Assembly (NCBI GenBank): GCA_021613535.1
Contig: CP075496.1
Location: 4,526,001-4,590,000, forward strand
Reading direction: 5' to 3'
DNA from: Adineta vaga
Taxonomy: Eukaryota; Animalia; Rotifera
Length of the DNA: 64,000 bases
The notes beneath the pieces were generated by a model, which was not told the DNA's origin, made no database searches, and saw only the letters and a program-made list of their open reading frames with translations. How positions within the stretch are numbered: the stretch's first letter is position 1; every line of letters begins with the position of its first letter. This document shows positions 51,899 through 64,000 of this stretch, piece after piece. Both the position numbers and the translations under genes were made by a program.

Positions 51899-54800
51899 AT
51901 GTTTGATGATATTAATCTAGTATATTTATTAAGTTCAACTAAACCGATTGAAATAGCTCGTAAACTAAGTGATCAACAGATTCGTTCGATATTGCCATCA
52001 TTGCTTTGGCTTGGATTACAACAATGTCCGAAAAATCATCGTTTAACTATATCAGCACAACTTTTACAAATTGTTTCACGTTTTCATGATATGGATACAA
52101 TTATTGAATTATTTGAAATTGATTTTCATGCATTAAATCTTGAAATTAAACGTTTACAAAAAATTAAACAAAAAATTTTAGAAGGAGGACAACAGAATAG
52201 TAATGCTTTGATAAATCAAGAGATAATTGCATTTGAACAAGCAACTGCTAGAGATAGATGTAGAATTGTTGCACAAATCTTATTTGATGATAATGAAAAA
52301 GATCAACAATTGCTAATAAGTAAGATTCAGTTTTCTCTCTTTTCTTTTTGCATATTTTAAGATGAATAGATAGTCGAGAGACGTTTGTAGACATTCTTAG
52401 TAGTGCGTGACCACAATCATTGACTAGGTAGAAAGGAACACCTTCATTTCAAGGAATATTTATTGTACGTGTTACTATCTGATCTATTGAATGAATATAT
52501 TTCTTAGAAAAACTTTATCACACATTCCATCGTTCTCATCTCTTTTTGTTTTGAAAAGATCTTCTGGATGAATCCAATCATGTTCGAATCGTTGGTGATG
52601 TCCTTTGTGTTCTCATTCTTCATTTATCTCATTCGTTTAAATTCGATATACTGATTTCAAATCTTCTTCATTCAAAATATGCATATGAATATGTAATTCG
52701 TCTGATTCTCAACATTCCAACATTAAAATTAACATTTGCTGAACTTATTATACGTTGTTCAGCAAATGATGATGGTCGATATCATATTCTTCGAACATTA
52801 GTTAAATTATATCCCATACATAAATTACATCTTCTACGTTTATGTCATCAACGACAAACACTTTTATCATTAATTCTTGATTTACTTGATCATTCAACTG
52901 TGAATATTCTTCTTCTAATTCTTTCTAATCAGAAACAACGAACATGGTTTAAAAAATGTCAAACACCAGAACTTGTACATAATCTTATTAATAAACTTTT
53001 TGAACTCTATCGACAAAAACAATGTTCACAACATTCGATTTTGAAAATAACAGCTATTTTACATGTTTATTGTAATGTTAAGTAAGATAACAATGAAATA
53101 CTCATGATTGTATTTGTTATTCATTTGTCTTTTTGTTTTTCAATGTAGATTTTCATCAGATGAAGTTCAACAATTACTTGCTTTATTACTTTTACCAACT
53201 ATGGATGTTACATTAGGTTTATGTTATCTATTTATGATTCCGTCTTTAGTTGAACATAATGAACAAAGAATAATCGAATGGTTAATTCCAACGATGTCAT
53301 CATTAGAAACAGATGATAAACTACTAATGATCGGACTGTTTTGTATAACAAATTATAATGAAGTAAAAGAACGAACGTAGATTTTTCATAGACATTGAAC
53401 TTCTTTTTAATATCTATTTATAGCCATTAAATGCACTTGCTTCTTCGACACTAGATTTTCCTTGTCGAATTGATCCTGGTCCATTTCATCATTCACGTCT
53501 TTTACTTATTCAACGTGTTTTTACAAATGATCTACTTGTTCAACGTTTTGCAACTATACAAATTACACTAAATCTCAATGCAACTATGACACTCAAACAT
53601 CTACCAGCACATTTTATCTGTTATCTTCTATCAAAAGGTCTTTGTAATCAACATCATGTTCAAATGAGTCCATGGGTTTGGTCGCAAATCTTACAATGTA
53701 TTACACCAATTCATCCAATTATATTAACACTTATCAATGAATTAGTTACAACAATAGTCGATGCTCGATATACATGGTATTTAGCACCGATAGATATCCA
53801 AACTATACATGATTATCTAGTATCATCATCATCAAATGATCATATTTCAACGAAAATGTTAATTTTACTTTATTTATTGACATTAAATGATCAAGCAACT
53901 GGTGATATAGCTATTCAATATATTCAATCTGCTCGAATACTTTTTGATCTTTTGCCATTACCACATCTTGTCGAACAATTAACAACAAAAGATTATGATG
54001 CTATAGCACCACAACTTGGAAGGTAAGATTATCTTCTTCATCATTCGAATTCTAAAGGACAGAATTTCATGTACAATTATTCATTCGTTCTGTTAAGATT
54101 AATGATGGAACAATTACCACAAATCTTTCTTGCCGATCATGCACTTTATTTGGAAACAGGTTTGTATTGTTGATTTTATTAACAATCAATCTAAATAGTG
54201 TTATTTTTATTTAAGATTCTCAATTGATTTCATTACATCATGTTTATAAAGCAGATATGATTGAAAGTCTAGTAGATCAACTAAAAAGTACACTTGTCAA
54301 TGGTATTTCTCGAAAACAAGCAGATGAATGGCGTCGAGGATGGTTTCGTGTTTATGCATATCGTGGACAATTGTAAGCAAAAATTCATCTTTGTTCATCA
54401 ATTCTAATCATTGATTTTGTTTTTGTACAGATTAACATTGAAAACAGCTCAGACTTTATTAGAGAATAATCAATTAACTTACGATGATCTATGTGCTGAT
54501 CCTCATTCTTTACTTCGATTTTCATTTCAAGTTTATAAGTAAAAATATACATGTTTAACTTTCATAGTTTAACTATTCATTTACCTATACATTTTTAGTT
54601 ATCCATCTATAGTACAAATTATCTTATTTATTATGAGAGAATTACTTATTGCAAGTCGTCATCATTTTGAACGTATTATTAAAGCAAAACAACAACAACC
54701 AACTCCATCAACAGGCAAGAGATATTTGATTTCTTTTTTCTATGAATTTTCAGAGTCGTTTTTTTTTCTATAGATATAATTCCTTTACAAGAAGTAAAAA

Positions 54801-55717
54801 ATAATCCATTATATGAAAAATTGATACATGCTCAAGAAGCACTTGTTATTCAAATTTTACTTGATGTTTTACATGAATATAAAAAGGTTTGATTGTGTAT
54901 TTTTTTTGTCTTTCAAATCTCATAATGCATTTATTTTGAACTTTTTAGACAGCATGTTTACCAGCTTATCGTGAATTACAAGGTGTAATATGTTCATTTG
55001 TTCATCAAATGTTTATTACAAATCCTGAACTCGCAAGACATGTTCATTTTCAAGTAATTTTCTAAAAACGAAATCAATGAATAACTGATATGATTTTATG
55101 TTTTATTCAAGGGCTATCCATCAGATCAAATCAAACCTCTAATATATAGTGTGCCATCAATGCATATTTGTTTAAATTTTATTCCACGAATGTTGGAAAC
55201 AAATGAATTAGATACTCAGGTATGTGAAATATTCTTTTTCAATCAAATAGATTATCATTCGATTTTTGTTTTTGATAATTTAGATATTTGCCTTTGAATT
55301 ACTTACTGATCTTTCATCATTTTATCCTATTCGAACGGCGTTACTTGTAGTTAAACTTGCTCTACAGGTTTATGCAACATTATTACGAGGTAAGACAAAA
55401 ACAACAAGCTCTTTATTCATTTAATTGATTATCTTGTAAAATGTTTGTCTTATCTAGTTCTTTCAAATGAAGATCGTCTTCGTTTTTTCTCACGTACATA
55501 TAAATTTCTTACTCATATGAGTTCAACATTTCCACCATTGACACAGAATTCAGTTTATGTTCTACAACAAGCAATACGTGCATGTTCTCTTGTATGATTT
55601 GTTTCTTTGTTACATCTAAATTTTCCTGAATTCAATTTGTTTTAGCCACCATCAAATTTACCACAATTAAAATGGACATCAGATTCTCTCGGTCGACCAA
55701 GAAGAATTGATATTTAG
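51899..55717 (+). CDS. INTS2: Integrator complex subunit 2, multi-exon
   Basis: LSDQQIRSILPSL, FEIDFHALNLEI, HLPAHFICYLLSK, ITPIHPII, and C-terminal ICSFVHQMFITNPELARHVHFQ/GYP...VPSMHICLNFIP. Confidence 0.88.
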
Positions 55718-55855
55718 AAAATACAGAAAGAAAATGAAATTATTCATTACTGTTAATTTGAATCAAAGCACTTTAAAATAAAATTTCAGAATAAAAACCA
55801 ATGTTTATAAACAACTTCGTTATTCTTATGTGTGTGTAGTGTGTGTTTTCATCAG

Positions 55856-58800
55856 TTATGTTTGAGCTGTTTTTGTTGATACAGCTGAACGTCGTTTGCT
55901 AGATAAGGATGGTGTAACAGATTGTAAACGACTATGAGCAGTTTTGACACGAGATGATGATTGACGTGTGCTTGATAGGGATCGGTGATGAACTTTACAT
56001 TGAGAAAACTAATCTAGACAACAATTTTCAAGTGCAATTTATTACATACCTGAAGATGTTGGTCGAGATTGAATTAGATGAAGTTGAGTATGAACACTAT
56101 TCAGATGATAGAGAATAGATTAGAAATGAATAATGTTGTTATGTGTACCTGTCGCTTGGTAAACCTTGTGCTCGTTCACTTTCAAAATACGAGACAAATT
56201 CTGGTGACATACATGAACGTTGACCGTATGCAATAATTTTATCATAAAGTTCTAAAGATAGACAATATGTATTCAATGATAGAATTTTTTGTATAATTTC
56301 TTACTTGGATCACGACGAACAAGGTTATAAAGTAGACGAAACGCTGTTTTATTATAGGTTAAAGTACCGATTGCTACAGCACAGGCACGATACATTTCAT
56401 CAGCATCTCCTGCATCTTCACTACTTTGTGGAAGAGTTGGTGCATCGAGTTTCTCGATTAAATGTTCAAGAACTTCACAAGAAATAAAGGCATCACTGAT
56501 ACCTGTTCGAATACGAGCCAATGATGAAATATATTTAGCTAGAAGAAAAATAAAACAAGAATATTAATGATATAGTATACTTCGATTCAAACATTCATTT
56601 CAATTGTAATTACCTATTTGTGTTACTAAACCTGTATTTGTATGCAATAGAAGATCTGAAAGTTTTGTAACTGCTTTTGCTGTCAATGCTACTTGTTCAT
56701 CTTCACTATCAGCAATAACTCGTGTAAGAATAATAATCTATATAAATATTCAATTAGTAGAAATAAAAATTAATTCTTGTAGAGAAACGAGATAGTTTTA
56801 CTTGAAAACAAGCCGTTGCTACATGAACTGCATTCGTTGATTCCATAAATGGTCGAAATGAATCATAGAGAATAGCATTTGTTCGTTTTAAAGTACTTTG
56901 ATTTTCCAAATTATTATAAGCAAATAAGCATAAAGCTAATAAAGCACGTAATTTCAAACTCGGTTCGACAATATCAATAAATTTGTAAATAACTTCTTCA
57001 ATATCGAATGCATTTGCAAAATGTTGTTGATTTTCAATGTTATTCAATACAATTTTTGATAAAGTTAAACAACATTCAACCTATTTCAAAGAAATAATGA
57101 AGCAAAATCGATTCTTCTTTCACTCTTTCGTTTCTTACTTTAACATCAATATATTCTGTGTTAAGTAAAATATGAATCGTTACAGTCATAACATCTTCTT
57201 CAACAACAGCATTTTGTAATAGAGTATTTGGTACAAGTGCTACACCTTTAAATCAGAATAGAAATTAATTCGACAAAATTTTATGATTTTAACTATACCA
57301 ATACAAATAACACCAAAAACTCGAATAAGAACGATTAAAACTCGATGTGATAATTGTTCATAATGTTTAAGTAAACGAAAAAGTGGTGTAAGTATATTCT
57401 CATTGTATAATCTCTTTTGATTATGTTCATCTTCTTCGGTTAAAGCAACAACAGCATTTAATGCAACATATTGTAATTTTTCCGATGGTGATAATAACAT
57501 TGTTACTATTTGTGGTACACCAATACATTCGGCTATTAAACGTTGTTGTGATTTAATTTGACCACCAAGTGCCCATAAAGACAAAGCACCTTGTTCACGA
57601 ATTTCTAATGACCATTCGCCAGAACTACGAATCTAAATTGATGAAAATTCAGATGATAAATTACTAATCGAAAGAAATAGATTGAAAGAAGCAAACACAA
57701 AAACAACAACATTCGAATTTAGTTGTGAAACATACAAATATACGAAAAACTATGTGAGACCAAAACAAAAGAGACAACGGAATGGAATTCACTTACGGTG
57801 GCACCAACATAATACATTTTCTGTAAAAAACAAAGTATTAAATATCAATCAATATAGTTTTAATCTAACAGAAAGCATCATCATCTGTATAAATAAATTG
57901 ACACTCTTTGTTTCGTCTTTTCTCAATGATATTTATTATTACCTCCATTAATTCATTCAATGGTTTATGTGCACTGAGTCTTTTCGAGAGAAATTCTTGT
58001 TGATTATTCATATTATTCATTGCTAATGCTTCGATAGCTAATGCTGATTTATATCGTATACCAAATTCTCGATCTTTCATAAGATCAACAATTCGTTTTA
58101 ATGCTCCCATAGATGATGCTAATGTTTGATTATTTCGATTATCATATGTAATCGATGCCAATGCTGATGCAACAGTTCCTTGTAAGACTTCTATTGAATA
58201 AAATCAAAAACATACGAATAAATATTTTCAAAAATTCGTTTTGATCTACTTGAATCAAGTAAAAGTAAATCTGTTAATTGTTTAATAATTCCATATTTAG
58301 CTAATTCATTTTGCATATATTCATTTTGACGACAAAGTAAATCAATTGCATTACAAGCATTAACAAGAACATCTTCAATCGTTGAATTCAACATATTTGA
58401 TAATGCAACAATTGCATTGGATTCAACAAAACGTTCCTAAAATAACACATATAAATTTCTATTTCAATTAGAAAGAGATTCTGACTTGATTCGATGGAAT
58501 AAAACATATATCAGCAATTAATATTGCTGTTTTCGAACGTATCTCATCTACATTAGATTGTAGTAAATTTGAAAGTGTATTACATAAATTTTGATCGGCA
58601 TTAGATATTTCTTCACGAACTTCTGTATTTGTTGATATATTGCACAGAACAGATAGGATCAATAATAACAAATTATTATCAGTCATTTTAAGTAAGCCTA
58701 TCAATCTTTTAATACCACCTGATAAAAAAGGAAGCAATGAAATGATTAATTAGAGAAATTAATAAAGAAAATCAAAACCTGTTTCTAATAAAGGATACCA

Positions 58801-61768
58801 AAATTCTTCTCCATGTGTTGTCATTTCATGTAAACATTGAGCTAAAGTACATTTCACAGATAAATCAGGATGACTTATTAAATCTTTAAAATAATCAAAC
58901 AATTCATTTAAAACTTAAGAGAAAAATGATTCATATTACCAACAAGTATACGCCATGTGGGTACTAATGGGTTATTCAATTGAATAAAATATTCAATGAT
59001 ATTTGTATGCACATTAGTAACAGCTAAGTGTATTACTGTATATGATGAAGTATCTTTATAGGCAACATTAGCACCTAATGAAACCAAACATTTGCAAGCA
59101 TCTAATGCACCTGATGTTGCTGATAATAAAAGTGGTGTAGATTGACGACTAGATGTACAAATCTCGTATCTTTAAAAGAATCTATTTGAAAACAAACCTA
59201 TCTTTCGTTGTTTGTTCTAATAATTCAGAATATTTATTAAATAGAAGTCGTATAAGTGGTACATGATCACAATAAGCAGCATGATGAATAGGCGTCCAAC
59301 CTATGATGAAATTTCTTTGTTTTTTTTAATCAGAGATTAGATAAATCAAAGGATATACCTTGATGATCAGCTTGAATTGCTGCCATATTTCCAAGAAGAC
59401 ATGAGGCAGCATCGAAACTACCATGACGACAAGCAGAATGTAATGGAGTTCCACCTAAATACAATTTCTTCTCAGACAATAAATTCCATCATTGATTACT
59501 TACCAATAGCTGAATAATTTACTTCTGCTTTAGAATTAACATCAATACCTAATTGCAACAATATACCAATAATAATTGGACGATTGTAAATAGCCTAGAA
59601 ATTAACAGTGTCAAAGATACTTTGTCTTTCTAAAAGTAAATTCAGTCGTACGGCATAATGTAGAAGTGTAAGTCCATCACGATTATTAGGTTTACTCAGA
59701 GCAGAAGCAGGTGTTTTCCGTGTTAAAGCTTGAAAGATACATGTAAGACCTCGTTGAGCAGAAGCTCGTAAACCATGTTCAGGATTCTGTATAAGAACGA
59801 AATATATATTTAAAGAACAATTTTTATTTAAAAAAGAAAGCATACTTTGTAATTCGTTGCTTTTTTTCGACCAAAATATTTTTTATAAGTTTCATAGATG
59901 ACTGTTTCATTGAGAAATTTCTTCTTAGCTGCATCTTCTAATGGTCTCTGAATAACACGTAACCATATTGGATGTAAACCATAGTATGGTTCAATATCAA
60001 TGACTAAATGATAATATCTATCAAACAATCGAAACATGTCATCTTCAATATCTATATTTTGAAATATACTACTTTTTCCCATCAATTTCTACAATAGGTA
60101 AATGGTATTCTTCCGTCAATGGTGTATTTGGCATATCTAAATAACCATATAAAGTTCGTCGTGATTGATCAAGTAATCCCGGATTTTTTCCATTGAATAA
60201 TCTTGAAAATTAAGAATAGGAAAACAAAATGAATTATTTCTACTTTCATCTATTTACTAAACATACTGAGGAAGATTGTCATTCAAAGATGAAGTTTCAT
60301 ATTCAAATTGAATTCCACCATGTAAATGAAACATCGTTTCACTTTCAATCGGAAATATAGGTTTTGATGATGCATTTTTATAATATATAAATGGTGGAAG
60401 TTCTCGTTCAGTACGAACTTCATCGCCTAAAAGAAGACAAAAAAATGATGATTTTCTTAAGTTTTGTTCTTTTTTTTTAAGAATTCATTCTCACCAGTTA
60501 GCATTGGTAATAATCGATTTATATTAGGAATTTTCTTCATTCGACGTTTTAAAGCAATAAGAATAGTAAAGAGAAAACAAACAAGTTCGAGAAGATAAAT
60601 ATATTTTCGAACTTCATTTTTTAATGGAAATGTTTTTCGAAGATATTTTTCATGAACTTGTAACATTGCTTTTAAACGTTGAAATTGTTGATTATCTAAT
60701 CTATCTTGAGTTGCTTTGATTTGTGATTGAATTATATGATTTCCATGAAACATTAAGCAATTTTTCCATTGAGAAATTTGATCAGAATATACTGTTAAAA
60801 CCATAGATAAATCTTCGATGTATGAAAGAAAAAATTGTTCATCGGAAAGAGTTTGTTCTTCGGATTTAACTTCTGGACAAAATGATTTATTAGCATTAGT
60901 ATAATCTGAATCTTGATTTAATTCTTGTAGACCTATAAACAATGAATATTTTTATCGATTGAATATATTATTTAAAAGAAAATATGTATACCTCCTGTTT
61001 CATATTCATGTGGTATGGAACGTGTACTTGTTGGATCAGAAAAATGTCGCCAACGATCAGCAAATTTACTTCGTTTTTCTCGTGGCATAAAAACTCCGTG
61101 CCAAACTGATTTCAACCATGAATCACAATTAATCATAATCTGTCCAAGACGTGTATCAATATAAGCTAAAACACATATATACTATTAGAATTGAAATTAA
61201 CGAGATAAATTGAATTACCTGTTGGCATTTGACATGTTGAACTAATATCAAAATTAGCTTCAAGACTCAGAACTGGATGAGCATTAAGAGAATAGACACC
61301 GATTGTTAATTCACGTAATAATTGATGAATTTCACGAACATCTAGATGTGCAATATTTTCATCAACAGGAAATAAAATATCAATATGAGAATCATTAAAT
61401 GGTTGTAATTGTCTTACTAATCCATTTGGAAGTTCACTTGGTGTCTATAAACAAAAGAGAAAAGAACTGAAGTTCTAAAATTCATACGAGAAAAAAATGA
61501 CTTTATAAATATCTCCACTCGTTAAAAACCAATGTGCATCACGTGATGCAAGTAAATCACACATTTCTAATTTATCGTATTTTTCAAGAAAACCAAGAGC
61601 ATTTTTAACAGCAACATCATCCATCGATTGTGAAAGAAGAACATCAGGTCTTCCATCTTCATTCGTTGATGATGAATCTAAACGTATACGACTCGAACGT
61701 TTCGAGGATAATCGACGTGGAACACTCATAGATGTTGAGGGCCGTTGATTAGCAAGTACTCCTTCCAT
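55856..61768 (-). CDS. ANKAR: Ankyrin and armadillo repeat-containing protein, many exons
   Basis: LDVREIHQLLRELTIGVYSLNAHPVLSLEANFD...AYIDTRLGQI...WHGVFMPREKRSKFADRWR; ankyrin repeats (GLTLLHYA, GTPLHSAC, GWTPIHHAA); multiple ARM repeats. Confidence 0.9.
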
Positions 61769-62944
61769 TCTTTTCAAGAAACTTGATCTTTACGTTTTCT
61801 TTTTTGATTTAATAACTCTCTATTGACTACACACACATTGAAAGCAACAGTTACTTTCTTTCTTTCTTTCCTTTTCTTTACTGTAACCATCTTGACTTCT
61901 TTCGTTCTCTGTTGAGCAGGAGTACCCTCTATGCAATAGTGATGTCAGAATATACAGAAAAAAAAACATCAAAGACAAATCAAAATCTTTGCGTCGCTAT
62001 TTTCGATCTTGTGCACATATGTTTCTCTAGGAGATTCAAATTCGTAAAAGCGCTTTTCAATTGAAGATTTACAACCAATACCAATATTCGTTTAAAACAA
62101 TATTGACAAATCTTATCAACTGTTATTCTTTGTATGAGAAATATGGAACTTTAACATATGAGTAGCATTGAATAATTTATGCAATTATTTTCTATTGATG
62201 AATATATGATATTGAAGTGTCTTTTATTTATGAATTTTCCAGTGAAATATATGAGTTCTTCGTAAACAAATCGAAAGAAACAAAATTAGAGTACGAAAAG
62301 TGCAGATGAGAAGACATAGAAGAAAAAACAAAGAATTTTTCTCATTCGATTAGAGTTTATTTTTTCAAGTCAATATTTAACATATATACATCAATCGTTT
62401 CGTTTCTTTCTCTGCTATGTTGCCAACTAATGAAATGAAAGATTGTCAAATATTCACATTCCGATTTAACAGATATTCAGTTCCTTTTCTTTTTACAAAT
62501 ACAAGCACATAGTCTGTATTTGAAAACTTGTCCAAAAGAAGGATTAACTCGTCTTCTATAAGTAATAAATTTCATTCTGAGATATCATTCGAAGATTTTG
62601 AAGTATTTGAATAATATATATCATGGACAGGAAGATCTAAGCAATAAATAATAATCAGATTTATAAGTAAAAAGAAAGTATTGACATTCGCTCTGATTAA
62701 TCATAAGAATTGAAAACATCAAAGTGAGTTTATTCGATATTTTTCATCCTGATTTTCTTCAAGGATATGTATTATGATCTAATATTATTTCAGTGGAATC
62801 TATCTTGTGTTGTGTCTCATACATAAATCCATATATTCATGTCTTTGTCTATTGACAATTGAAAAAAAAATATACATCGTAAAATATAGTCTGTATCTTT
62901 CTGTATATAATATCGGATGTCATTCTAATACAGTTTGTTGTTTC

Positions 62945-62995
62945 TTTCTCTCTCTGTCTCTCTGCCTCTCTCTCTGTCTCTCTTTCTCTGTCTTT
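62945..62995. repeat. CT/CTGT-rich microsatellite
   Basis: tctctctctgtctctctgcctctctctctgtctctctttctctgtc. Confidence 0.75.
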
Positions 62996-63725
62996 CTTGA
63001 AAGAATCTGGCTAGATTGCCTTTGATGATAGATTGGTTTTAAATGATAACACCTTTCTTTCTTCTCATTTAGGTTTTTTTCATTCATTCCTGCACGATAA
63101 TATACGAATAAGGTAATGTTGTTGTTCACTCTGGTTCTTTGTTCCATTCTCTCTCGGACATTGACTGTATATGAAGTATCAGATCACATCCATCTATTAT
63201 CGAGTATTGCAGAATGTGTATTTCATATATGAAATAAATTTTTTTTTATAATTTCGTAATTGCTTGAAAAATTCATGTTAAATTAGTAACGAAAACTGAT
63301 TATCAAACTACTCAATAGACATTCAATATTAGACAGTTATATGATCCTTCCTATTTCTTTTCTCCTTCATTTCATATAGATGAGTCAGGTGGCTTAATAT
63401 CACTTTTTTAATTGTCTTTTTTCCCTCTAATACTGGCCTTGTCAAAAGAGTGTCTGATACAAGAGTTAATTTACTTTATATGTCTAACGTATGTTAAAAT
63501 ATATTCCGATGTCAGCGAAATATCAAATTTTGTATGTACACTTTCTAGCGACGAACAAGATCTTGTATGCTTTTTTTTTAGAATATCCACTTTTCTTCCT
63601 CTTCTATACATATAGTCTCTTATTTTTTCTTTCTTGTCATTTTTTGTATTCTTTTTAGATCAGAGACAGAAGAAGAGAAATTGAAAGAAACGATTAATCG
63701 TTTAAACCATTCAAATACTTCCAAG

Positions 63726-63819
63726 ATGGTGTTCGATAATATTTTTGTTTACAATTTTTGCATTTCTATCTTATTATTGGGATCGATCCATTTCACATTA
63801 ACACAAACTTCTACTACAG
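63726..63819 (+). CDS. Probable first coding exon (signal peptide) of a secreted or membrane protein continuing beyond the window
   Basis: MVFDNIFVYNFCISILLLGSIHFTLTQTSTT followed by a G|GTAAG donor; upstream ttttag acceptor near 63658. Confidence 0.45.
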
Positions 63820-64000
63820 GTAAGTTAAAAACAGATATACTTTACGAAATAATACCATACATATATATGATTCATTTTGATTTTAACGAGTATTTGTATC
63901 TCTATAAACAGATGGTTTGTATTAGTCGTTTGAATTCTATCGTACGAGAGGTCATTTTTGAATTGATAATATTTTACAAATATATTTGTTCCAAATCTCA

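Noticed and set aside
52361-52490. Box C/D snoRNA in the INTS2 intron
   Set aside because: A CTGA is present, but there is no properly placed RTGATGA box C.

Overview
AT-rich (about 70% by eye), gene-dense animal genomic DNA with many 50-65 nt GT-AG introns. The architecture suggests a microscopic invertebrate such as a bdelloid rotifer (inference only). About 22 spliced genes were reconstructed by hand. In order: an orphan SV2/SVOP-like MFS exon, HP1/CBX, mitochondrial Lon, two tandem glutamate dehydrogenases, a claudin-like tetraspan with an LDLa-like module, HSBP1, a DUF5054/GH38-like hydrolase, a divergent PRMT1-like gene, LMO, an ERI-type exonuclease, a 582-bp MITE, a GH18 chitinase, three PPxY single-pass membrane proteins interleaved with two small claudin-like paralogs, a BH3-only candidate, an intronless tail-anchored orphan, pirin, a UIF/FYTTD1-like mRNA-export adaptor, INTS2, ANKAR and the first exon of a secreted protein. 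Highlights: (1) a GH18-CBM14-Ly6/three-finger-GPI chitinase whose catalytic Glu sits on a skippable 15-nt micro-exon; (2) a Bim/Bmf/Puma-like BH3-only candidate; (3) a PRMT1 paralog with several altered active-site residues; (4) a claudin-LDLa fusion; (5) an ARE/AP-1 cluster upstream of pirin; (6) operon-like junctions with trans-splice-type acceptors. Exon boundaries and family assignments come from manual reading and recalled motifs, not from database searches.
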